Assembly: GCA_013239625.1 (NCBI GenBank)
Contig: MU054220.1
Coordinates: 3,721,374-3,785,373 of the forward strand
From: Lama guanicoe
Taxonomy: Eukaryota
Reading direction: 5' to 3'
DNA: 64,000 nt
In this document: positions 11,866 to 24,294 of the stretch, in pieces
Layout: each line of letters starts with the position of its first letter
How positions within the stretch are numbered: position 1 is the stretch's first letter
Notes under the pieces: generated by a model
Database searches by the model: none
The model's input: only the letters and a program-made list of their open reading frames with translations
What the model was told of the DNA's origin: nothing
Position numbers and translations under genes: made by a program

Positions 11866-13494
11866 TTACTCACAATACAACTCTTACCCTCAGTACTCTC
11901 TGCTTTACAGCTCCCAAGCCCTTCTATTTTTATGCTCTTGCTAGACCCTCACAGCCATCCAGTGAGGCATGCAGAGCAGAGATGATCATAATATTTTATG
12001 GGGAGTGGGGCCCAGAGAAGTTAAGGAGCTTGCCTTAGATAACACAGCTCCTGTTGGAGCTAGGCTTCAACCCAGGTGTTATGCTGCTGATTTCACGGCT
12101 CCTGGAACTTCACCAGGTGCTGTCAATGTCCTGTCGATTTCACTGTCTTCTCTCTGCAGTGAGCTTTCCTGGATCTCAGCCTCTCAGTGTTCAGTGAGGG
12201 GACCACACTGGCTCTGGCTCACTTCCCTCCTGCCTGAGTGATGCCGGGGGGCAGGGTGAAGGGGAGGACTCTCAAAGCTGGATTATTCTGGTGCTCCTCC
12301 ACCCAGAGGGAACCAGTATCCTTCCTCCCCAGACAGAAGGTTTCCTGTGCTGAGAGCAGACTGGCAAGGCTTCCCCTGACTTCTCACAGCATTGTCCACC
12401 TCATGGTGGGGGAGGGGGTGGGTCCTTGAACTCCCCAGGGACCAGGAATTGTCACTAGAGCAGAAATCAAGCCCTGCCCTGAGACTCAGGTGCACGGGGT
12501 ACACTGCCCCACTTACATTTGCTTGGTAGTAAATATTAACGACACCAGGTCTTCCCAGGGCAACTGCAATTGATTCTAGGCACCTGGCCCAAATTAGGGA
12601 GGCCACAACCCCTTCCCATAAGACGAATGACTACAGGTATTTGGAGCTCAAGTTATAGAGGGAAAACAATGGAAAAACAGAGAGACCATGACAGAGAGTC
12701 CTGCCTGGCTTGAGAAAAGCCTGAAAGGAAATGAATCAAAGGAAGATTGTGGGCTGGGGCCCTGAGTAGACGAACAGGCAGAGAGACCTGTTTTCTTTCC
12801 TCCCCATAAAAAAAATCATCCCAGCTGCTCCTGGAAGCCCTCAAGAAAGATGCGGGTCAGGCCTGAGGGTAGGGAAAGGGCTGGGCTTAGACAGAGCAGG
12901 CACCGGCTCAAAGGGAGTGCTTCGTCCTTCCATAGAAGCCTGGTCACCAGTTCCACCAAACATCACTGATTTCCAGGCCAGGAAGGATGCTCGCGGTCCA
13001 GGCAGGAAGCCTCAGGGATGGGCACGTATTTGGATCTTACAGAGCTCCAGGAGAGGATTTCTACTTCCTTTTGACAAAATAATAATAATTAATTAAGAAG
13101 AAGAATAATAAATAAAACTTCTCCAGGTGTTGGTTTCTCCATCTGTGGAAGGGGACAGACATCTCCACCTTGTTCATCCAATGGGCTGCTGGGGTCTGGG
13201 CAGCCCTGGTCAGCCTGCCTGCTGCAGCTTTGGCCCGCCTGCTGCAGCCTTGGCCTGTCTCTGAGGATCTGGTGGATGACAGATGAACCATGCAGAGCAT
13301 ATTACAAGCCAAGGATGTGCCTGCCCTCGGATTAGCCAGCTGTGCCTGGAAGGCCTCTTCTGTGCTCTGCTGAGGCCCAATAGTCATTAGAAGGGACAGA
13401 GGTCTGGTGTGCGGTGAGCTTGTATCTGAGCTTGTCGTGGTTTCTGTATCCCTGGGGAGTGGAGGGTGGCGGCGATGGTGGCCATGATAAGAGT

Positions 13495-13710
13495 TAACAC
13501 AGAGTGTTTACTATGTGCCAGGCACAGTTCTAAATGCTTCATATTTATTAACTTATTCAATTTTCACAACAATCTGGGAGGTAGGTATGATTATTATGCT
13601 CATTTTACAGATGAAGAAACCAAGGCACAGAGAAGTGAATTAACTTGCCCCAAATCACACAGCTATTAGGCTGGTATTTGAACCCAGGCAGTTAGTTCTG
13701 GTATCTGGGT
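13495..13710 (-). mobile_element. MIR SINE, well preserved
   Basis: gtgtttactatgtgccaggcacagttctaaatgct...cattttacagatgaagaaaccaaggcacagagaagtgaattaacttgccccaaatcacacagct. Confidence 0.95.
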
Positions 13711-14796
13711 TCAGACGGTGTCCAAGATGTCCCGAACTTGGTGGGGCAAACCATGGAGTGTTCCAGAATTAGGAAATTCACTAAAAAAAAAAGGTGTTGC
13801 AGTGGGAAATGGGGGCTCAGGGTCTAGAACTTGCTATGCCACTAACCAGCCAGGTGATGTCAAGCAAATTACTCAGTCTTCCGGGGCTTCTCTGGAAAGG
13901 CGGCTTGCAGAGTGGCCAAAGGCATCTGAATGACCAGATGGAATCGCTACCTCTGTGGCCTTAGCCCCTCTGAGCCTTAGTGAACTCTGCAGTCTTGCAG
14001 GTCCTCTGAATGTCGAAGGGACCACACTACCTGAGGCATGTAAAGTTCTAGAAGTGGGAGCTTTCATTGTTCATTTGGAAGCGAAACCTTTTGCTCATCC
14101 ACCCTAGGCCCTGAGCCACAGTTTCGTGGCTCTCAACGCCAGTGCTGAGCAAACATCTGGGTGTCATTGGCTGTACTTTCAGTGGAAAGGACTCACATGT
14201 TGCCCTTTTAGAAGTGGAAATGGTGGCCTGGATATTCGACCAGCAGAGCTCATCATTTAAAAACGTAAATACAGCCCAGTGTGTAGCCTCCAGAGCAAAG
14301 AAATGTCAGCGAAATAAAGGGGTCGGGGCTTAAGAAGGCCCCAACGAAACAAGGACTCTGCGGGCAGAGGGCAGGGGGTCCCCGGTGAACATGGATCTCA
14401 GGGTGCATGGGATGTGTCTGAGCGTGGCGGTGAGGGAGGCCACACACCCGCTCACACGTGCTTCAGCCTCCCTGCAGAGCACACAGAGCAATGTGCCCGT
14501 TGCCTGTGTGCCCCCTACTTGGTTGAGGAGGAGGAACTCAGAGAGGGCCATAGAAGGGGGCTTTAGGCCAGGCTCCAATCAGGCAAATCAGTACTTTTCC
14601 CACAGCTCCAGAGGATGTAAGGATAAAAGGTCTGGGATCTGGATTCAGTTTTGAACTTCATGGCCAGCCAGCAAGCTCTGTGGCTGGGCCAAGGCCCCTC
14701 TCTCTGTCTTGAGTCCTGGGTGCCAGGCTCCCCCTCTGTCTCTCCATCTCAGAGTCTCAGCTCTTTACTTCATCTGCACTCTCTCTCCTCTGAATG

Positions 14797-14828
14797 TACA
14801 CACACAAACACACACACACACACACACA
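14797..14828. repeat. (CA)n microsatellite
   Basis: acacacacaaacacacacacacacacacaca. Confidence 0.95.
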
Positions 14829-16129
14829 GTGACCACTTCCTGCAGAGGTGAAATGCTACCTGCTTATGGTGACCTGGAACACTTTTCTCTTAAAGCACAT
14901 CTCACTGGGGGCCTGGACATAAATCCCCTAGTCCTGCCATGAGACTCTGCCCCCCAGCAGGCGGCGGCCACATTTAATTTAGAGGCTTTACATGTGTGAG
15001 CCACTGTACAAAGCCTGCTTGCCCAAGGCAACCTCAGGACTGCCGGAGACCTGCTGGGAGCAGAGGTCCTGGGGAGCCTCCTTGCTGGGAAAAGGAAGAG
15101 GCTAGCAGGTGTTTCATTTCCCCCTGGCTGCCCAGTAATTAAGAAAGAGGAAGACTCAGCATGTCCGAGGGGCAAGACTGGGGTTTCCCAGGGACCTGGT
15201 GAAGCAGAGAGGAGTGGGTGCCCAGAGCAGGCTTTAGAGCTAGGCTGTCCTGGCTCCAGTCTGAGCCTGTCCCTATGTGCTTGTGTGATCTTGAGCAAGC
15301 ACCTCTGAGCTCCTCCACAGGGACTCCAGAGCCACCAGGGCCCTTTTCTGGGAGGTCCTCTAGGGCCACCAGGTGAAGATGGGGGCCTGCAGTCTGCTGC
15401 CACCACCCAAAGTAGAGTGGGGGTGTCCTGGTGGGTGGGCTCACACTTTCCCGTCTTAGAATGTCAAGGCTTGAGGGGCCCCTGAGGTCCTAGAGTCCTT
15501 CTGCTTCATGGTACAGATGATGGCTCTGAGGACCCGCCCCCAATCACAGCACGTTCTGAAGGGCGTCAGCATTGTGGGTTGGTCTGCAGCCTGTTTCATT
15601 CTCTGTAGTTCACTTCTCAGGTGAGCCGTGGCCAGGACCTGTGTCTCAGAGGTGGCACTCAGGCTGGGCCTCAATCCCAAGAGGTTCCAGGGAGTGGGTA
15701 CCTCTCATGCTCTATGGGCGTCACCTGCCCCCTCATTTAATCCTCACAACATCATTATCAGTATCCCAGCTTCATCCCCTCGGTGAGGCGAGGCTCAGCT
15801 GCTCAGACAAGGAGAGATCTTGCCCAGTCGGGGGAGGAGGCAGAGAGCTAAGACAGGAGCCATACCTGACCAACAGCAGAGGGCCCGGCCCTGAGGCTGC
15901 CACCTGTCCCTGCCCAGGGACAACTTGTCCCTGAGTTTCCAGAGGACAATGGGACACTTCGTCCTTTCCCTTGTCATTCTGGCCTCCAGGTATCAAGCCT
16001 GGGGGACCACAAACAACCAGCTTTGGTTGAAGGAATCCTCTACTCCCTAGTCACTTACTTACCCCCATCACACCCTCACAACAGCTTACGAGGCACCACC
16101 CCTACACACACCTTGCTGAGCTCACCTCT

Positions 16130-16560
16130 GACCACCCACTTCCTCCCTCACCCCATTCCAGCCAGCTCTAGCCACACTGATCTCTTCTACCTGTAAGCAC
16201 ATACCTACCCCAGGACCTTTGCACCTGCTGGTCCTTCTGCCTGGGACTCTCTTTCCCTCTGATATTCCCCATATTGTGTTCACTCACTTCATTCAGGTCT
16301 CTGATCAAATTCCTCAGGGGCATCTTCCCTGACCACCCCAACCATGCCCCCTGACAGCCTAAAATAGTCCCTCTCTCCAGTCACCATCTGTCTCCTTGTG
16401 GCTGACACTTATCTCCAACAAAGTTTGCTTCTGGTTTTTTTTCTCTCCCTTCCCTTGAATGCAAGAAGGCAGCAACTTTGTCTGTCTGGTTTAATCACTG
16501 AATCCCAGCATCTGGTACCATGCCTGCCATGAAGTGAGTGCTCAATGGATGTTTGGGGGA
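16130..16560 (+). mobile_element. L2 LINE fragment
   Basis: ccaggacctttgcacctgctggtccttctgcctgggactctc...catgcctgccatgaagtgagtgctcaatggatgttt. Confidence 0.8.
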
Positions 16561-16657
16561 GGGAGGAAAAAGGAATAGGAGGGCAGGAATCACGCTCCTT
16601 GTGGACCTCTTTCATATATTTCTGATTTAATCCTTGCTAGAACTCTATCAGAAGATG

Positions 16658-16811
16658 CAGGACCAGCTAAAGAATCCATGGGGCCCAGGAAAAATGAGGA
16701 GTCTCTTATTCAAAAGTTATTAAAAATTTCAAGATGGCAACAGCCAGAGCATTGAACCAAGTGCAGGGCTCTGTGCTCTGCCCAGTTTGCATACTTGTAA
16801 AGCTAGCCCCG
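16658..16811 (-). mobile_element. MER91A-like hAT-Tip100 DNA transposon inserted in a MIR
   Basis: caggaccagcta...ttcaaaagttattaaaaatttcaagatggcaacagccagagcattgaaccaagtgcagggc...gccccg; degenerate 8-bp flanks AGAAGATG and AGGAGGTG. Confidence 0.85.
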
Positions 16812-17399
16812 AGGAGGTGTAGTTACCATTTCCATTGTACAGCTCAGGGATTGGAGGATCAGAGAGGTGTAGTGACTTGCCCAACATCACACAGCATTAT
16901 ATATATTATGGCTTAGAACCTCACAAACTCTCCCTCCTCAGTTCCTGCAATGGCTATGGAAGGAATCCTGTTATCCCCACACATCTGGAAGTCTGGGGAC
17001 CCACCCCAAAGAACAAAGTGGGAGAGCAAAATTGCCTGTAAATCTCCTGTTTCACCTCACATATTCCTGCCATAGATACATATATATTGCATTTTACAGC
17101 AAAATATATCCACAGTTGTTTACTATAAAAATGAGGTATTATCTTCCAAATCTTCCAGACTATTGATGTTCTGTTAGCACACACAGGCCTAATCCTGAGA
17201 GTCTGGGTACTCTCCTCTGGCTTGGGGAGGAGTACCCCAGGCGCTGTGGGCACCCTCAACTCTGCTGAAAAAGCACTGTCCTAGGTGGAAGATCCTAGCA
17301 CAAACTTAGCAGCCAAAATGCACGATAAATGTTGATTCCATCCCCTCACTCATCACCTCCTTCCTGCTTGGTCCAAAGGAAACCTCTTCCAGGATGGCC

Positions 17400-18035
17400 C
17401 CAGACCCAGATGGTGGGGCGCCTTACACAGATCTCATTATTCCCGCGGAGAAAGGGGGAGCCTCCCTCCTGGGGAAATGTGCCTCGGCCTGTTAGCGACA
17501 AGAGAAGAGTGCTATTACCCTGCTCAGCCAGCCAGGTTCGCGCGCCATGCTAATTGGAACACGTAATGGTTTGTTAATACGGTCTAATTTGGGGAGGTCA
17601 GGATACTGGGGTCTCTGGGGTGGGGGTTTGGCATGGGGGAAGGGGCGTCTAATGGTACGGCCAAGGAGGGCCGGGAGAGCGGCTGAAATGCTCATTGGTT
17701 TTTGGTGCTTGCTTTGCAAAATGATGTCTCAATCCAGCATCCAAAGACTTGCAGTCTGTTGTGCTGCTGTGTGTGCGTGTGTGTGTGTGCACACGGTCAT
17801 TTTGATGGTCAGTGGGTGTGGATGCTGTGTGCACGTTCATGGTGCAGGGGTGTAGGCCTAAGGGGAGCGGGGAGAGAAGAGAACGCAGCTGAATCACACC
17901 TAAAGGCAGAAAGCTGTGGTCTAATTTTGAGAATGCAAACAAAGACATCTATTTTCCCAGGACTAGCTCACCCAGCCCCTATTAACACTAATTAGGAGGA
18001 CTGGGAATTCCCTATAACTTCATAATTACTGTTCA
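17400..18035. promoter_or_regulatory. Candidate developmental enhancer (TE-free, motif-dense)
   Basis: Clustered TAAT cores, ATGCTAATTGG, CTAATTAG, GGGAATTCCC, TTCGCGCGCC and retained CpGs; no interspersed repeat recognised. Confidence 0.5.
17767..17790. repeat. (TG)n microsatellite
   Basis: tgtgtgtgcgtgtgtgtgtgtgc. Confidence 0.9.
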
Positions 18036-19049
18036 CAGACTTCACAGGGGCCATGAAGGAAATGGAACACCCCGTCCTGTTTTCATAGCCAAGGTGACGA
18101 TGGTTCAGGTGGTCACTCCATCCCTCTGCCCCGGCCACCAGGCACCAGGATTCCCCCAGGGGCCCCAGATGCCCAGGCTGCCCAAGAGGGAAGTCAATCT
18201 AACAGCAGTAGGGGACCAGGGGTCCCTCATAGGCTGCTATAGCTGCCTTACGTTAAAGGATTGTCTAAGTAAGTAAGGCCTCTGGGGAAAATTCGCTGAC
18301 ATTGGGGGCTGGGAGAAATGAGGCAGGAGTCCAAGAAAGAGGTGGGCCTACACAAGAAGACACCTCAAGTTTGGCCTTGGACCTGAAGGTCCAGGAGTGA
18401 AGAGATCACTCCAAGCGGATGTTGACCCACTGCTGCCGGCCCAGGCCACTTGTCCTGGACACCCACCCCGCCCATGCCCACCCGGTCTTAGCCCCTGTCC
18501 ATTAAGATGTACCACATTTTAAAGGTGGCGCCAAACAGTTGGCAAGATCACAGCAGTAACTTCACAGTGTCATTAGACCCCCTCCCCTAGCCTGCCGTGC
18601 CCTGCAGCCAGACGTCTGAGGAAACCACAGCGAAGCCATTACGGGGACCCCTCAGCTGCTTGGCGGCGGGGTGGCCACTTTTGCCAGCTGACAGGCACGG
18701 GGACTTTCCAGAAGCAGCAGTGCCAGCCCTTCCCACAAGCCTCGTTCATGCACACAAAGACCCTCTCCCGGCCTCCCCTGCAGGCACTGCGCCGCGAGGG
18801 GCCGTGGGGAGCAGGCACCAACACCGTGCTGCTTCCCCGGGTGTCTGCCTGTGCGGCGGCCCCCACTGGTGTGATCTTCCCAGCCCCTGCCCCCAGGAAC
18901 CGCTGTCCGTCTGTCTAGGGCTTGGAGCCTGGCTCTGCTTCCAGAAGACGGGTCTTTGTTCTGCTTAGAATTGGAGATTCTCCATTTATTAGGGAGCTTT
19001 ATTAAAGGCCACTTTCTTAATCATATGAAAGGGACTGAAATGGTATCAG

Positions 19050-19142
19050 ATATTAACTGCCTATTGGTGATCTTCCTTTTATACTTTATATTCAGATGAT
19101 TTTTTTTCCTTGCACGGAACATGTATTACTTTTATAATTAAA
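19050..19142 (+). mobile_element. Old L1 (L1ME-type) 3' end fragment
   Basis: ...ttttttccttgcacggaacatgtattacttttataattaaaa is typical of L1M termini. Confidence 0.55.
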
Positions 19143-19994
19143 ACAAGTCATTGCAAAAGGGCCATTTAAACCCCACACTCTGAAGCTGCTGGGTCTTTGT
19201 GGGTACTGCACCCTGGGCCTGGAATACCTTTTCTCCTGTCGTCTGACTGGAGAACTTCATCTCACCCTTCAATGCCCAGCTTGGTGTCTCCTCGGCCGTG
19301 AAGCTTTCCCTGATTTCTCCAGCATAAGCACTGGCCTTTGCTGTCTGTTTCTGAGACCCTCATTTTGGAGATGAGAAGACAAGGCCCAGAATGGGGCAGG
19401 GGCCTCCCAAGGCCCCACAGTTACGCCACCACGGGTGGTGAAAGTGAACTAGAACCCAGAAGGGCTCCTTTCACAGCACAGGGTGGGGGTGGTGGGGGGA
19501 GAGGGGCGCGCAGACCCTACTTGATTCTCAACTCCCCCTTCCTTCCCTGGAGCCAGTGCCTGCCCTGTCTGAGACAGCCTTGACCTCCGTCTTTGTTCTT
19601 CTCGGGAATAAGCCAGGGTGCTCTTTGCCCCGCCTCCAGGGGCACAAATTAGTGAAGTGTGGGGTTAGGAGCAGAGAATGGTTTGGTTGTTGTTCCACAA
19701 AGGGGACTGGGGACAGGAAGCACTGGGGCCGCTCCTCCTGCTCTGGGCCCGGAGGCTGTGTCTGAATGCCCCCCCACCAGGGCCTCCCTGCCCACCCAGC
19801 TCCTGCCCTGGGCCCCTCCTTGGGCGGTTGCTTGGAGCCCAGCTCACCCAGGGCTACATCTTCATCACCTTGAGTCTGAACCCCAGTTTTGCCACTGAAA
19901 TAAAAAGCTGTGATTTTGCCTACCTGAGGCTTATTTTTACCAGAAATACTAAGATTTCAGAAAACAACCTACCATTAATTAAGCACAACTGGGA

Positions 19995-20180
19995 CCCGGG
20001 CCCTGGCTGGTTATTTTATATACACCCCGACTCATCTTCATGACCACGTGCTGAGGCCACTCTTATCACCCCCATTTTACAGGTGAAAAAAATTGAGGCT
20101 CACAGGGAATGAAGCCCCTTGCCCAAGGTCAAGAGCTAGAAAGTGACTGAGCTGGCACTTGAGTCTGGGTCTATTTGGTG
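19995..20180 (-). mobile_element. MIR SINE
   Basis: cccattttacaggtgaaaaaattgaggctcacaggg...ttgcccaaggtcaagagctagaaagtgactgagctgg. Confidence 0.85.
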
Positions 20181-21264
20181 GTCAGTAAGCCGGACTCCCG
20201 AGGTAGTTCTATGAATTGGATGAGCTAATTGCAACTGTTCCACACAGAATAACGCACTGAACATTATAGCTGCTTCTCATTTCCATTTCATAATGAGAGC
20301 AGGCACTGAGGGGAACTGGGCTGCAGAACCAGCCCGGCCGATGGTGAGCAGGGAGGCGAGACGTCCTGGGGACCTGGCAGGAGATGGCAGATCCCCTGGC
20401 AGCCCCTATTCCCGGCAGCCCCAGGGCCCCAGACTTGCTGCTGGACAGAGTATTGTTTGAGAGCAAATATTATTTTACCCTCCAGCTTAATCCAGACCAA
20501 GCTTATCTTTCCCACTGAAAAGCCCACAGCCCAGAGAAAGTTAAGCCCTTTGCTGCTTTCCTAATTGCAGGCTTGGAGCTCTGCTTGGGGACACCGGTTC
20601 TCTGGAAAAGCCCCATAAGTGGTCTGGTATTTGGCAGTGGCATCAGAGCAGCTGGCTCCGGGCTGGGCTGTCTGGCTTTCCAGGCCCATGCTGGGCTGGG
20701 GGCCCCACAGGGGAGAATGGAGGCTGGGGCACAGAGATGGTTCCAGGGGTCTCCTTTCTGCATGGGGCCTGCAACCCCAGCCCCAGGGCAGATCTAGCTA
20801 CAGCGGAGGTGGGAGAAATGAGTCTTGCCCTGTTGTTTGATGCCAAGTCCCACTTGGCTGGAAAAGCAAAATGGGTCAGTGGGCCGCAGACCCCTCCTTC
20901 TCTCCCAGTCACCATGTCTGCTTCCCGCCTGCCTCTCTGAAGTTCAGACAGAACTGGTTCTTCTTCAAACCAGAGGCCATAACACCCCCACCCCCAATTT
21001 CTCAAAAAACGTACCATTAGAGGGGAAGGGTCCAGTCTGTGGAGGACTGGGGACCCTCAAATGGTTCAAGGAGCCAGCCCCCACCCCATCCTCCCCATGT
21101 GACTGCCGACTGGGTAGTGCCAGCCAGGCCAGCCCTAGACCTGAAGGACAATGTACCCCCACCACCCTAGACACTAAGTATCCAACTAGTTCTCTGGCTG
21201 GCTTCCATCTCACTGTTTTCCTCTTTCTCCCCTGTGTGTTTCTAGAAGGATGCCTGGGAAGAGA

Positions 21265-21480
21265 GGTGATTAGTGTCCAGGCTTTGCAATCAAGACAGAC
21301 CTGGGTACAAATGCTTACTCTGTCCTCATCATGTGACCTGGGACAACTTAGCTGCCTTCTCTGTGCCTCAGTTTGCTTGCCTGCAAAACGGGATCACTAT
21401 ACTAGGATCTCACAGTGTGGTAGGGAGGACTACATGAGATCATGAGTTATAACTCTTAGCACAGTGCCTGACAAAGGTAG
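21265..21480 (+). mobile_element. MIR SINE
   Basis: cagacctgggtacaaat...tgtgacctgggacaac...ctctgtgcctcagtttgcttgcctgcaaaacgggga...cttagcacagtgcctgaca. Confidence 0.9.
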
Positions 21481-22424
21481 CTTTCATGCTGGCTCTGCCC
21501 AGGGTTAAAACAGGGAGGTTTTGCTCAGAGGCACAGGCACAAAGACCTTTGACTTTCCTGGGGCCATGGAAGGCCCTCCCTTGGAGAACCACCCTCTTCT
21601 CCATATCCAGGGTCCTTGGCTGCCGTCTCTGGTTGGGTGTGGAGGAGTTAGGGGTCTGGGAAACTATAGTGTGTCCTGCACTGTGCTAGGCCCATTCCCC
21701 TTCTTACACTTGAGGAAACTGAGGCTCCCATGGTGGGAAGGAGTGTGTCCAGGAGTGCACAGTGCCTGTGGTGAGGCAGGAGTATGACCTTGTGCCTTCA
21801 TACAGGGCTCTCCCCGACCCCACTTGGCACCTCGGGCCCCTAGTGAAACAGGAAGGAGTGTCATCCTTATTCTTCAGGCGTGGGTCCGAGGCCCAGACAA
21901 GTCCCTCAGCTGGCCTAGAGCAGTGAGTGGGGCTGGGATGAACCCTGCGATGCTGGTCTAGGAAGGCTCAGCTCATAGGAGCCCCCTGAGGGGCTAATGC
22001 TGGTGTCAGTGAACAGAAGCATGCCAGCCCCTTCTCGGACAGCCACGACCTCCGGGCCCTGCTCAATGCATCTGCTGGGAGCATCTGAGGAGCGATGCCT
22101 CTGTATCCAACAACAGGTGCATCCGTGGTCCTCTCCAAGACACAGGCCTGCAAGTCAGGACAGCGCTCCCCACAGACCTCCAGGAGGTGGCTAATTTTCA
22201 GCTTTCCAGAAGGAAACAAACCCTAAGGAATCAAGATTCCCTGGCTTCTCCAGGCTTTTGGAGGCAGAGGGGTTCCAGCCACATCTCCTTAGACTTTCCG
22301 CCTGCTCAAGCCTTGCAAATGCACCTCCAGATACAGACCCCTCCACACTGTTTTCCTTTTCCCCAATCAAAGGTTTTGTCTACTATGAGTCTGCACAGTC
22401 TTCTTTCAGCAGCCATAAAGAATA

Positions 22425-22765
22425 GGGCTACAGGACTCTGGAGATGCTGTGCAGTCCTGGGGGTTGTCACAGAATCCCCAGGTTTCAAAACTCCTGGAAC
22501 CCTTAGAAGCTGCCACAGTGCTCCTGGGAGTGACCAGGTCCCTGGGCTGTCACAGGGCACTAGGACCACACAGGTCCCTTGAATGCCAGAAAAAATTCTG
22601 GGCCATCATATAATTCCCTGAACCAGCATGGAACCCTTGGGTTGCCATGGGGGGCTGGGCTGCTTCAGGATGCACAGGATATTTAGAAACACTGTGATGT
22701 CAGAGGCTCTGGGCCACCAAAGAACCCCTGTGCTGTCATAGGACCGCTGGAGTATCTTAGAATGG
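22425..22765. repeat. Highly degenerate tandem repeat, ~18-19 bp period
   Basis: Successive units gggctgtcacagggcact / aggaccacacaggtccct / gggccatcatataattccct / gaaccagcatggaaccct / gggccaccaaagaacccct / gtgctgtcataggaccgct. Confidence 0.55.
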
Positions 22766-22839
22766 AAATTATTGGCTTAGAAATCCTTCACCAACCCACA
22801 CTCTTACTCCCAGTTCCTCATTTATGCCATTTTCCCACC

Positions 22840-23090
22840 TTCTTCCAGACTTCCACTTAAATGTTTCTTCCTCCAGGAAGCCCTCCCTGGTGTCTCCCTG
22901 GGCCTTGCTAGGTACCACAGCACAGATGTCATGAGCTCCACGACAGCTCCCTGGATTTGCCACATTAGAACACTCAGCATACGGTACTGCTGTTACCTGG
23001 CCACAGGTCTGTCTCCTCTACCAGAGTGTGAACTCCTGGTGGGCAGGGGCTGAGTTCCTGGCATGATCAGATGGCCCTTAATGAGTATAT
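22840..23090 (+). mobile_element. L2 LINE fragment
   Basis: cacttaaatgtttcttcctccaggaagccctccctg...gtctgtctcctctaccagagtgtgaactcctggtgggcagggg. Confidence 0.75.
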
Positions 23091-23129
23091 CTTGAAAAAA
23101 TAACTGTATGCTATTAACTTACTAGGCAC

Positions 23130-23305
23130 TTGATGGCTGTGTGACCTGGGCCAAGTCACTTCACCTCTCTGTGCCCCAGTTTTTTCATCTGCACAACTGG
23201 GATACTAAGAATATCTACCTCATAAGGCTGGTGTGAGGCTTAAATCACTTCTGTAAAGCACTGAGATGGAGCCTGGTAGAGGAAGCATGATACTAATATC
23301 TGCTG
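23130..23305 (+). mobile_element. MIR SINE
   Basis: gctgtgtgacctgggccaagtcacttcacctctctgtgccccagtttttcatctgcacaactggg. Confidence 0.9.
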
Positions 23306-23310
23306 TTTTT

Positions 23311-23676
23311 AAAAAATTTTTTTGTTTTTTTTTTTGTGGTGAGAACATTTAAGATGTACTCTCTTAGCAACTTCCAAGTATACAACACAGTATGGTTAAC
23401 TGCAGTCACCGTACTATACACCTGCTGACTTATTAATCCTGTAGCTGGAAGTTTGTATCTTTTGACCAATATCTCTCCATTTTCCTGACCACCTGGCACC
23501 AATCTGCAATTTCCACGAGTTCAGCTCTGCTAGATTCCACATAGAAGAGAGATCATACAGTATTTGTCTTTCTCGATCTGACTTCTTTCACTTAGCATAA
23601 TGCTTTCAAGTTCCATCCGTGTTGTTGCAAATGGATGTCCTTCTAGGATTTCCTTCTTTTTTATGGCTGAATATAG
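23311..23676 (-). mobile_element. L1 3' UTR fragment (L1MA9-like) with poly(T) end and probable TSD
   Basis: tttttgtggtgagaacatttaagatgtactctcttagcaac...cacttagcataatgctttcaagttccatcc...tttatggctgaata; flanks atatctgctgttttt and atatctgttattatt. Confidence 0.9.
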
Positions 23677-23890
23677 ATATCTGTTATTATTAAATGTGTG
23701 TACTCACTAGGTTTTCACAGAGTCTAGACTTGCGGAAAGGATAGACAGGGGATTCTCCTACCCCCTGCAAGCTAAATGGGGCAATAGTAGCATACCCCAA
23801 TATAGCACTTACCACCTGCCAGGCACTGCTCTTAATGCTCTACACACATTTGCTAAATTCATCTCAGAGCAACACTCTGAGGTTGGTGCC

Positions 23891-24294
23891 TGCTGTGGAC
23901 TCAATAGTGTCCCCACAAATTCACAGGTTGAAGTCATGACTCCCCCAGTTTAACTGTATTTGGAGATAGGACCTTTAGGGAGGTAATTAAGGTTAAATGA
24001 GGTCATAAGGGTGGGGCCCTCCTCCAATAGGATTGGTGTCCCTACAAGAAGAGGAAGAGACACCAGCGACCTCTCTGCTTTCCCTCTCTGTGCAGACCAA
24101 AGGCCAAGTGAGGACAGAGTGAGAAGGTGGTTCTCTACAAGCCAGGAAGCGAGGCTTCACCAGAAATCAAATTTCCTGGCACCTTGATCTAGATTTCTTG
24201 ACACCAGAACTATGAGAAAATAAATGTCTGTTGTTTAAGCACTCCTACCCTCAAGCCTGTGCTATTTGTTTGGCAGCTGTAGCTAACTGATACA
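23891..24294 (+). mobile_element. MLT1A-type MaLR solo LTR, splitting a minus-strand MIR
   Basis: TGctgtggactcaat...ggtaattaaggttaaatgaggtcataagggtggggccct...gagaaaataaatgtctgttgtttaagc...gctaactgataCA; MIR halves at ~23800-23890 and ~24295-24430. Confidence 0.92.

Noticed and set aside
19481..19506. Isolated G-quadruplex motif
   Set aside because: Such motifs are common in GC-rich mammalian DNA, and this one has no supporting context.
20825..21445. 206-aa ORF
   Set aside because: It starts at a non-ATG codon, runs through a MIR, and resembles no protein I recognise.
22425..22765. CRISPR-like periodicity
   Set aside because: There are no identical repeats, no spacers and no cas genes, and the context is mammalian; treated as a decayed minisatellite.
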